DNA from: Nitrosospira multiformis ATCC 25196
Lineage (GTDB): Bacteria; Pseudomonadota; Gammaproteobacteria; Burkholderiales; Nitrosomonadaceae
NCBI RefSeq assembly: GCF_000196355.1
Contig: NC_007614.1
Span: 1,170,001-1,202,000, forward strand
Length of the DNA: 32,000 nt
Direction of reading: 5' to 3'
Made by a program: the position numbers and the translations under genes. Within the stretch, counting starts at the first letter, position 1; every line of letters begins with the position of its first letter. This document shows, one piece after another, positions 25,316 through 32,000 of this stretch. The notes beneath the pieces were generated by a model. The model was not told where the DNA came from. It saw only the letters and a list, made by a program, of their open reading frames with translations, and made no database searches.

Positions 25316-26197
25316 ATGAAGCGAATTTTTCTATTTGTAGTTACCAATCTGGCCATCTTGCTGGTGCTGAGCATCACATTGCGCTTGTTGGGTGTTGATC
25401 GCATGCTTGACGAGCAGGGTGTGGGTATCAATTACAATTCACTGCTTGTCATGGCGGCAGTAATCGGTTTTGGCGGTTCGCTGATTTCGCTGGCCATGTC
25501 CAAGTGGAGTGCGAAACGCATGACGGGTGCGGTCGTGATCGAGCAACCTTCCGATCCGACCGAGCGCTGGCTGGTGGAAACTGTCCGGCGGCAGGCTGAG
25601 CGCGTGGGTATCGGTATGCCGGAAGTGGCGATCTACGAGGCACCGGACATGAATGCCTTTGCAACCGGCATGAACCGCAACGAGGCATTGGTGGCGGTAA
25701 GTACCGGCTTGCTTCAGGCTATGACAAAAGATGAAATCGAGGGAGTGCTGGCGCATGAAATAAGCCATGTTGCCAACGGCGATATGGTGACACTTGCGCT
25801 GATTCAGGGTGTCGTCAATACCTTCGTGATTTTTTTATCGAGAGTCATCGGCCATTTCGTGGACAGGGTCATATTCAAAACCGAGCGGGAGTACGGCCCC
25901 GCCTTCATGGTTACCACACTGATCGCCCAAATGGTACTTGGGATATTGGCGAGCATCATTGTAATGTGGTTCAGCCGCCAGCGTGAGTTTCGTGCGGATG
26001 CGGGTGGAGCGCAGCTGGCTGGACGCAACAAAATGATCGCAGCGCTTGAACGCCTGCAACGCCGGCACGAGCCCTCCCAGTTGCCGGAGCGGTTGGAAGC
26101 ATTCGGTATTTCCGGAGGGGAAGGGGGTCTCAGAACCCTGTTCATGTCTCATCCGCCTCTTGAAGTGCGTATTGCAGCGCTTCGCGCGATGACCTGA
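25316..26197 (+). CDS. htpX: Membrane zinc metalloprotease HtpX
   Basis: A 293-aa protein containing the [11 protein letters not shown] zinc motif, NAFATG and the typical C-terminus [13 protein letters not shown]. Confidence 0.93.
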   Translation: MKRIFLFVVTNLAILLVLSITLRLLGVDRMLDEQGVGINYNSLLVMAAVIGFGGSLISLAMSKWSAKRMTGAVVIEQPSDPTERWLVETVRRQAERVGIGMPEVAIYEAPDMNAFATGMNRNEALVAVSTGLLQAMTKDEIEGVLAHEISHVANGDMVTLALIQGVVNTFVIFLSRVIGHFVDRVIFKTEREYGPAFMVTTLIAQMVLGILASIIVMWFSRQREFRADAGGAQLAGRNKMIAALERLQRRHEPSQLPERLEAFGISGGEGGLRTLFMSHPPLEVRIAALRAMT

Positions 26198-26214
26198 TCG
26201 GCATGAAATAAAAA

Positions 26215-26247
26215 GGGCGGAAGCATAACATGCTTCCGCCCTTTTTT
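26215..26247. terminator. Bidirectional rho-independent terminator between htpX (+) and mlaA (-)
   Basis: Perfect 12-bp stem, gggcggaagcat (26215-26226) and atgcttccgccc (26230-26241), with loop aac. It is flanked by an A-tract (26211-26214) and a T-tract (26242-26247). A second 7-bp hairpin, cccgtca-gttc-tgacggg, lies at 26252-26269. Confidence 0.85.
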
Positions 26248-26311
26248 GCGCCCCGTCAGTTCTGACGGGTCAGGTTCGACAGGCTTTTACTTTCTTGTTC
26301 CTTCGCGCGGT

Positions 26312-27184
26312 TCAAATTTCCTCTTCATCCTCCGTATCCTTCGGGGGATTCCCGTCATACACCAGATTTTGCCGTCTCTGGAGATAGGCATCCCGGATAA
26401 ACTCGTATTTGTCTAGGGAAGCTTCTTCCAGGGTTTTTTCGGATTTGAGCAGATCGGCGCGAGCGTCCGTAACCTTGGTGGAGCCCACTATCGGACCTAT
26501 AAAGGGTGCGACGAAAAAGCTGCCCACAAATACAGGGTCGGTCACGGTGTCAATGACGCGTCCCCCCGCATCCCGGGTGGAGCTGGGTCCGAGGAAGGGC
26601 AAAACGACATACGGTCCGCTTGCGACGCCATAATGACCCAGAGTCTGCCCGAAATCCTCATTATGCTTTTCCAGACCAATACCGCTTGCCAGATCCACGA
26701 TGCCGGCGAGACCAAGCGTGCTGTTCACCACGAACCGGGTGCTGCTGGTGAGCGCATTGCTGAATTTGAGCTGCAAAAGATTATTCAGCGTGATCGGTAT
26801 ATCACCGAGATTGGCGAAAACATTTCCTACTGCCGTTTCAAGGGGGTCCGGCATTATCCATCTGTATCCCCTTGCAACCGGCCTCATGACGTAATCATCA
26901 ACCGATTCATTGAATGAAAATATCTTGCGGTTGACGGGTTCCCACGGGTCTTTTTTACTGTAGGTCGGGTAAGTGGCAGGTGGAGCCGCATTTTTGAATA
27001 CAGGTCCCTCAATCGCTTCTGTTGGCCTGTTATCATCAACAGAAGCGGTTTTGGCGGTCGAAGCGTTCTTCTCTGCGGGAGCGCTTCCATCAGCCGTGGT
27101 GTCCTCAGCCATGGCCCCACCGTTGAGGAGAGACCCAAGAAGTAACGGCAATAATAGAGGAGAAGGTTTGACAGAGCGTGCCAT
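26312..27184 (-). CDS. mlaA: MlaA/VacJ-family outer-membrane lipid asymmetry protein
   Basis: Contains DPWEPVNRKIFSFNESVDDYVMRPVARGY, GNVFANLGD, NSTLGLAGIVD and GPYVVLPFLGPSSTRD, which are typical VacJ blocks. I chose the ATG at 27184 (MARSVKPSPLLLPLLLGSLLNGGAMA, a signal peptide). The ORF-track start at 27274 adds 30 non-signal residues. No lipobox Cys is present. Confidence 0.85.
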   Translation of the reverse strand: MARSVKPSPLLLPLLLGSLLNGGAMAEDTTADGSAPAEKNASTAKTASVDDNRPTEAIEGPVFKNAAPPATYPTYSKKDPWEPVNRKIFSFNESVDDYVMRPVARGYRWIMPDPLETAVGNVFANLGDIPITLNNLLQLKFSNALTSSTRFVVNSTLGLAGIVDLASGIGLEKHNEDFGQTLGHYGVASGPYVVLPFLGPSSTRDAGGRVIDTVTDPVFVGSFFVAPFIGPIVGSTKVTDARADLLKSEKTLEEASLDKYEFIRDAYLQRRQNLVYDGNPPKDTEDEEEI

Positions 27185-27347
27185 AGTCAAGGTAAATCCT
27201 GAAGTTGACAGGGAATGTTTTTTCGCCATTATATGGCTAATTTCAAGCAAGAAAACACTTTTTTTCTCGCTCAATCCTGAGGCTTTTTCCGGGATGTTTG
27301 TTCATGCTTCATCTGCTTTACGACGCGCTTTTCACGATCTTAACGTT

Positions 27348-27596
27348 CTCTCCCCTGTCCCTCTTCCACCGGTGAGAGAAGGAGATTGAGATTCGATAAT
27401 CGGGCCTTTTGCTGGCTATCCAGTCTTTTGCGCCGGAGAGGGAAATGAAGAGTAATGAGAGCTTCCTGCAAACATGGCTTTCGTTAATCCTCATGCAAGA
27501 ACGGTAAACGTTGGCGAGTCTGAAATTATTCGACCACTCGTACCGTGAGTTCCAGATCCTCCTTTCTTCCCGGTGTGCGAGAGGAGTGGGAGAGAG
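27348..27596. repeat. Imperfect ~38-bp inverted repeats bracketing ~174 bp; candidate MITE-like element or structured RNA
   Basis: The left arm is ctctcccctgtccctcttccaccggtgagagaaggag (27348-27384). The reverse complement of the right arm (27559-27596) is ctctctcccactcctctcgcacaccgggaagaaaggag. About 29 positions match by hand alignment, including perfect blocks ctctc/ccc, caccgg and aaggag. The arms are CT/GA-rich low-complexity sequence, which weakens the significance. Confidence 0.4.
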
Positions 27597-27644
27597 TGGA
27601 AAGAGTGACAACGTACCAGAAGCGCACTGTACGCTATTCAGCTT

Positions 27645-29180
27645 CTATGCAGCGCGCCGGGAGAAATCCTTAAGGCGAAAACCGAGCAGCCATAAGGTAA
27701 CAAAGTAGCTCGCCGCCCCGATCATGACGACTCCTGCCAACCGTACCCCTCGCACTGCCGCCGTATCCGTCAGCCACGAAACATCGGTGCCTGAAGCAAA
27801 CCATAATATGGTTCCCATCATCGCCAGGGCTGCCGATATTTTTGTCATAAAGATGCCCCATCCTGGTTGAGGCTGATAAATCTGATGACGCCGTAATTTG
27901 TAATAGAGCAGGCCCGCATTGATACAGGCGCCCAATCCGATGGCAAGCGCGAGCCCGGCGTGTCGCAGCGGTATGATGAAGGCGAGATTCATCAACTGGG
28001 TCGCGACAAGCGTGATGAGGGCTATTTTTACCGGTGTCTTGATGTTCTGTCTTGCGTAGAAACCAGGGGCCAGCACTTTCACCAGAATCAGCCCCAGCAG
28101 GCCCACGCTGTACGCGATGAGGGCATTGCGTGTCATCCAGACATCATTGGCCGAGAATTCGCCGTGATGAAACAGTGTCGTGATAAGCGGCGTGGCAAGC
28201 AGCGCCAGCGCCAGCGCCGCCGGCAGCGTCAGCAGCATGGTCAGGCGCAAACCCCAGTCAAGCAGCCGGGAATATTCATCCGTGCTGTTGTCGGCATAGT
28301 GCCGCGACAAGGACGGCAGCAGGACCGTGCCGAGCGCAACACCCAACAGACCGGCGGGAAACTCCATTAGCCGATCCGCATAATAAAGCCAGGAAACGCT
28401 GCCTGTGACAAGAAAGGAAGCAAATATCGTGTTGATCAGCAGGCTGATCTGGCCGATAGACATGCCGAAAACAGCCGGTCCCATTTGCTTGAGAACACGC
28501 CATGCACCATTGTCGGGGGATTTCAGGCGCGGGCGCGGCATCAATTTGAGGCGCATGAGGAACGGTACCTGGAAGGCAAGCTGGAGCACCCCCCCGATGA
28601 ATACCGCCCACGCGAGCGCCAGCACTGGCGGGTCCATGAGGGGTGCCAGCCATAGCGAGCAGCCGATAAACGACAGGTTGAGCAGGGCCGGAGTCAGGGC
28701 AGGCACTGAAAATCTGCTCCAGGTGTTGAGGATGCCGCCAGCCAGCGACACGAGCGAGATGAACAGGATGTAGGGAAACGTGATCTGCAGCAGTTCCACC
28801 GTAAGCTCGAATTTCCCGGGGCTTGCCGTGAATCCTGGCGCACTTACATAGATGACCAGCGGTGCCGCAATAACGCCTGCCAGCGTGACCGCAAATAGCG
28901 CGATGAACAGCAGCGTTGCGACATGACTTACCAGCTCGCGCGTATCTTCGGCTGTGCGGCGATTCTTGTATTCGGCAAGTATGGGCACGAACGCCTGAGA
29001 AAACGCCCCCTCGGCGAACAGCCGGCGCAACAGGTTGGGGATACGGAATGCCACAAAGAAAGCATCGGTTTCGACGCCTGCGCCAAAAATGCGGGCAATG
29101 ATGACATCCCGCGCAAATCCCAGAATGCGGGATATGAACGTCATCCCGCTGACGGTGACAAGGGCTTTGAGCAGATTCAT
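27645..29180 (-). CDS. murJ: Lipid II flippase MurJ (MviN)
   Basis: A 511-aa polytopic membrane protein. It has the characteristic N-terminus [35 protein letters not shown]...[28 protein letters not shown]. Confidence 0.93.
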   Translation of the reverse strand: MNLLKALVTVSGMTFISRILGFARDVIIARIFGAGVETDAFFVAFRIPNLLRRLFAEGAFSQAFVPILAEYKNRRTAEDTRELVSHVATLLFIALFAVTLAGVIAAPLVIYVSAPGFTASPGKFELTVELLQITFPYILFISLVSLAGGILNTWSRFSVPALTPALLNLSFIGCSLWLAPLMDPPVLALAWAVFIGGVLQLAFQVPFLMRLKLMPRPRLKSPDNGAWRVLKQMGPAVFGMSIGQISLLINTIFASFLVTGSVSWLYYADRLMEFPAGLLGVALGTVLLPSLSRHYADNSTDEYSRLLDWGLRLTMLLTLPAALALALLATPLITTLFHHGEFSANDVWMTRNALIAYSVGLLGLILVKVLAPGFYARQNIKTPVKIALITLVATQLMNLAFIIPLRHAGLALAIGLGACINAGLLYYKLRRHQIYQPQPGWGIFMTKISAALAMMGTILWFASGTDVSWLTDTAAVRGVRLAGVVMIGAASYFVTLWLLGFRLKDFSRRAA

Positions 29181-29317
29181 GGATGCGTATGTTAACTGAA
29201 TACTTGAGGTTTAGGGTCGCTTCACCATGAGTCGTTCTTCACTGCCGTTCCCCGACAGGCGCAAATCAGGACAAATGCTGCAATGGATAGCAACAAAAGG
29301 CAGAGTTGTCAGTTTTC

Positions 29318-29346
29318 TTGCAATCAGGCGTAAACATCCGTATCAT
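29318..29346 (+). promoter_or_regulatory. Putative sigma-70 promoter for rpsT
   Basis: TTGCAA (29318-23), a 17-nt spacer, then TATCAT (29341-46). It lies ~38 bp upstream of the rpsT ATG. Confidence 0.5.
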
Positions 29347-29384
29347 TCGAAAATTTTCCGCAAAGGGTAATCCGAGGAATTTTC

Positions 29385-29648
29385 ATGGCCAACAGCGCAC
29401 AAGCAAGAAAACGTGCTAGACAGAATATCAGTCATCGTAACCGCAACATGAGTCTGCGCTCGGAATTGCGCACAGCGATCAAGCATGTAAGAAAGGCGAT
29501 CGGATCGGCTGACAAAAATACTGCCCAGGCTGCATATCAGGCGTCTGTCGCTACCATAGATTCGATTGCGGACAAGGGAATCATTCACAAGAACAAGGCA
29601 GCCCGTCATAAAAGCCGTCTCTCGTCAGCCATCAAGGCGATGGCCTGA
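29385..29648 (+). CDS. rpsT: 30S ribosomal protein S20
   Basis: An 87-aa basic protein, [13 protein letters not shown]...[19 protein letters not shown] ribosome-binding site is present. It shows the classic divergent arrangement with murJ. Confidence 0.95.
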   Translation: MANSAQARKRARQNISHRNRNMSLRSELRTAIKHVRKAIGSADKNTAQAAYQASVATIDSIADKGIIHKNKAARHKSRLSSAIKAMA

Positions 29649-29660
29649 TCGTTCAACTCC

Positions 29661-29699
29661 CAACAAAAAAGCCCGGGAATCACCCGGGCTTTTTTGTTG
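29661..29699. terminator. Bidirectional rho-independent terminator after rpsT
   Basis: caacaaaaaagcccggg (29661-29677), loop aatca, cccgggcttttttgttg (29683-29699). The GC core stem has an A-tract on one side and a T-tract on the other. Confidence 0.85.
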
Positions 29700-29825
29700 G
29701 TGCTCCTTTTGTCGATGGTTTAGCACTTACCCGATCCATGGGGAGTATGCAAAAGTCTCGCCTCGAGCAGGAAAGGACCGGTCTCGAGGGGAGGGGGTTC
29801 GCATGGGTGTCGGCATTAGCGGTGA

Positions 29826-30659
29826 TTACGTGGATTCAGCGGAATTAGGTAGCGGAAGCGAGGGGGCATCTTCTGGTCCTGCGGTATCGGAAGCTTTCGC
29901 CCTCCGGTTCCCGGTCGACTCTGTCAGAGTCGATACCAGATCCATCGGTACTGGAAAAATAACCGTATTGGATTTGTCGCCCGCAATTGTCGTAAGCGTC
30001 TGGAGATAGCGCAGTTGCATGGCGCCGGCCTGCCGCGACAGCGTTTCTGCCGCCTGCATGAGTTGCTCCGATGCCTGTAATTCACCCTCGGCGTGAATCA
30101 CCTTGGCGCGACGTTCGCGTTCCGCTTCCGCCTGCCGGGCAATAGCCCGTATCATGGATTCGTCAATGTCCACATGCTTGATCTCGACATTGGATACCTT
30201 GATGCCCCAGGCGTCGGTCTGAATGTCCAGCACTTTCTGGATATCCATGTTGAGTTTCTCGCGTTCCGCCAGCATTTCATCGAGTTCGTGCTTGCCCAGT
30301 ACCGATCGCAACGTGGTTTGCGCGAACTGGCTGGTGGCGGCAAGAAAGTTCTCCACCTGGATGATGGATTTTTGCGGATCGACCACGCGAAAATACACCA
30401 CGGCACTGACTTTCACCGAGACGTTGTCGCGTGAAATGACGTCTTGGCTCGGTACGTCCATCACCACCGTGCGCAGGTCAACTTTCACCATTTTCTGAAT
30501 CCCTGGAATGATGATGATCAGGCCGGGGCCTTTCACCTTGTAGAAGCGGCCGAGCAGGAACACGACACCCCGTTCATATTCGCGCAAAATGCGGAATATC
30601 GAGAATAGCGCGAGGATAAGAATGAGGGCGAGCGTGCCGAATACCGAATTGGCGAGCAT
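29826..30659 (-). CDS. SPFH/band-7 (stomatin-like) membrane protein
   Basis: An N-terminal transmembrane segment is followed by [41 protein letters not shown] and [17 protein letters not shown], which are typical prokaryotic stomatin blocks. An AGGAG ribosome-binding site is present, and the gene starts 13 nt after the upstream NfeD stop. Confidence 0.9.
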   Translation of the reverse strand: MLANSVFGTLALILILALFSIFRILREYERGVVFLLGRFYKVKGPGLIIIIPGIQKMVKVDLRTVVMDVPSQDVISRDNVSVKVSAVVYFRVVDPQKSIIQVENFLAATSQFAQTTLRSVLGKHELDEMLAEREKLNMDIQKVLDIQTDAWGIKVSNVEIKHVDIDESMIRAIARQAEAERERRAKVIHAEGELQASEQLMQAAETLSRQAGAMQLRYLQTLTTIAGDKSNTVIFPVPMDLVSTLTESTGNRRAKASDTAGPEDAPSLPLPNSAEST

Positions 30660-30672
30660 AAGTGTCTCCTGG

Positions 30673-32000
30673 TTATTTTTCTGCTGCGGTTACATGCAGG
30701 ATGAGGCCGTCGATTCCGGTCACACGCACCTTCTGGCCCCGAACCAGCGGTTGGGCGGAGTGCACGGTCCACAACTCGCCGCGGATACGCGCCATGCCGT
30801 CACCGGAAGTGTCTTCCAGCATTTCTCCCACTGAGCCGACCATATGCTCCTGACCACTCAGCAACGGTTTCCGGCGGGTCTTGAGCGCCATGCCGATTAC
30901 TGAAATCAGGAACAGGGCACTGGCGAAGGCTACTCCGCCGACGAGCGTCCAGGGGATACCGAAACCGGGCGCCTCACTGTCAATCAGCATCAGGGAGCCC
31001 ACGACGAAAGCGATAATTCCGCCGATACCGAGGGCCCCGAAGCTGGGCAGGAATACTTCGGCCACCATGAACCCGATCCCGAGCAGGATCAAGGCAAGTC
31101 CGGCATAGCTCACCGGCAGTAACTGGAAGGCATACAGGGCGATAAGCAGGCAGATGGCGCCTGCCACGCCGGGTAGCACAAAACCGGGGTTGGCAAACTC
31201 GAAGAACAGTCCGTAAATGCCGATAAGCATCAGGACATAGGCGACGCTTGGATTGGTGATGATGGCGAGCAGCCGCGTGCGCCAGTCGGGTTCCACGACT
31301 TCCATGGTGGCGGAAGTGGTATCGAGCTTACGGTCCTGGCCCAGTACGTTCACTTGCCTGCCATTGAGCTGCTTCAGCAGATCCGCGATGTCGGTAGCGA
31401 TATAATCGACAACTTTGAGGTGCAGCGCTTCGGAGGCCGACAGACTGACCGCTTCGCGGACGGCTCTTTCCGCCCATTCCACATTACGCCCGCGCATTTG
31501 CGCCAGGCCGCGTATGTACGCCGCAGCATCATGAATCATTTTGCGGGACATTTCGTCCTTTACGGGAAGCTGGCCTTCTTTTTCCGGATTTTGCGCGCGG
31601 TTCTCGCCTGATTTCGGTTGGGGCCTGGGTTCAGGCTCTGATCGGGGAAAGCCACCCATTTCTATTGGGGTTGCGGCACCCAGGTTGGTGCCCGGAGCCA
31701 TCGCGGCGATATGGCTGGCATACAGGATATAAGTGCCGGCACTGGCTGCCCGAGCCCCACTCGGCGCCACAAAAGTCGCCACGGGCAAGGGTGAAGCCAG
31801 GACACCGCGGATGATCTGCCGCATGGAAGTGTCGAGGCCTCCCGGCGTGTCCAGTTGTAACACCACAAGCAGCGCGTTCTCGTTCGCGGCGCGTTCCAGT
31901 CCGCGCTGGATGAAATCGGCGCTGGCCGGAGCAATGGGGCCATCGATTTTCAACACCACGACAGGGGAAGCTCGAACAATTGACGGCAGCAGAAACAGCA
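30673..32000 (-). CDS. NfeD-family membrane-bound serine protease (ClpP class); 5' end lies beyond the window
   Basis: Contains [31 protein letters not shown] and [30 protein letters not shown] (ClpP-like fold). This is followed by several transmembrane helices and a C-terminal OB-like NfeD domain ([14 protein letters not shown]...[13 protein letters not shown]). The M at 31959 in the ORF track is an internal GTG. The frame stays open to the window edge and reads ...[14 protein letters not shown], which is signal-peptide-like. Confidence 0.88.
   Translation of the reverse strand, partial: LFLLPSIVRASPVVVLKIDGPIAPASADFIQRGLERAANENALLVVLQLDTPGGLDTSMRQIIRGVLASPLPVATFVAPSGARAASAGTYILYASHIAAMAPGTNLGAATPIEMGGFPRSEPEPRPQPKSGENRAQNPEKEGQLPVKDEMSRKMIHDAAAYIRGLAQMRGRNVEWAERAVREAVSLSASEALHLKVVDYIATDIADLLKQLNGRQVNVLGQDRKLDTTSATMEVVEPDWRTRLLAIITNPSVAYVLMLIGIYGLFFEFANPGFVLPGVAGAICLLIALYAFQLLPVSYAGLALILLGIGFMVAEVFLPSFGALGIGGIIAFVVGSLMLIDSEAPGFGIPWTLVGGVAFASALFLISVIGMALKTRRKPLLSGQEHMVGSVGEMLEDTSGDGMARIRGELWTVHSAQPLVRGQKVRVTGIDGLILHVTAAEK

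Noticed and set aside
27318-27611. A 97-aa minus-strand ORF filling the murJ-mlaA spacer.
   Set aside because: It starts at a TTG without a ribosome-binding site and runs through both inverted-repeat arms. Its composition is odd and no motif is recognisable. The region is better explained as non-coding.
29566-30009. A 147-aa plus-strand ORF spanning the rpsT 3' end, the terminator and the stomatin 3' end.
   Set aside because: It reads straight through a strong bidirectional terminator and overlaps two well-supported genes.
1-32000. Search for CRISPR arrays, tRNA/rRNA genes, IS elements or transposases, integrases, toxin-antitoxin pairs and known defence-system genes.
   Set aside because: None was recognisable by eye. 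Every intergenic region longer than 150 bp was inspected. They contain only promoters, terminators and the short repeats reported above.

Overview
This is a moderately GC-rich chromosomal window from a Gram-negative proteobacterium, and it holds mostly core housekeeping genes. I cannot place the organism further without a database search. A complete 13-gene nuo (NADH:quinone oxidoreductase, complex I) operon of the enterobacterial type occupies 3215-18558 on the + strand. Its order is nuoA-B-CD-E-F-G-H-I-J-K-L-M-N, with nuoC and nuoD fused.

To the left lie argJ (-), tusA (+) and a secreted HExxH hypothetical protein (-). To the right lie an ADP-ribosylglycohydrolase-family gene, trm112/ycaR, exbD and exbB (all -). 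These are followed by xseA, a DUF423 gene, a THUMP RNA methyltransferase, dsbB and htpX (all +). Next come mlaA/vacJ and murJ (-), rpsT (+), and an SPFH/stomatin plus NfeD pair (-); NfeD runs off the right edge.

I recognise no rRNA, tRNA, CRISPR array, IS element, integrase, phage gene or known defence gene. I did not find a convincing novel multi-gene system. The observations most worth a second look are:
- A diverged 24-codon tandem duplication inside the NuoL lateral-helix region, in a cassette with only one nuoM.
- A DARS-like cluster of DnaA boxes beside an AT-rich tract in the exbB/xseA divergent intergenic region.
- A pair of imperfect ~38-bp inverted repeats bracketing ~174 bp between murJ and mlaA.
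- An unusual 240-bp AT-richer spacer between nuoK and nuoL.
- Several short perfect tandem duplications in intergenic DNA.

All similarity statements come from hand inspection and recalled reference sequences, not from searches.
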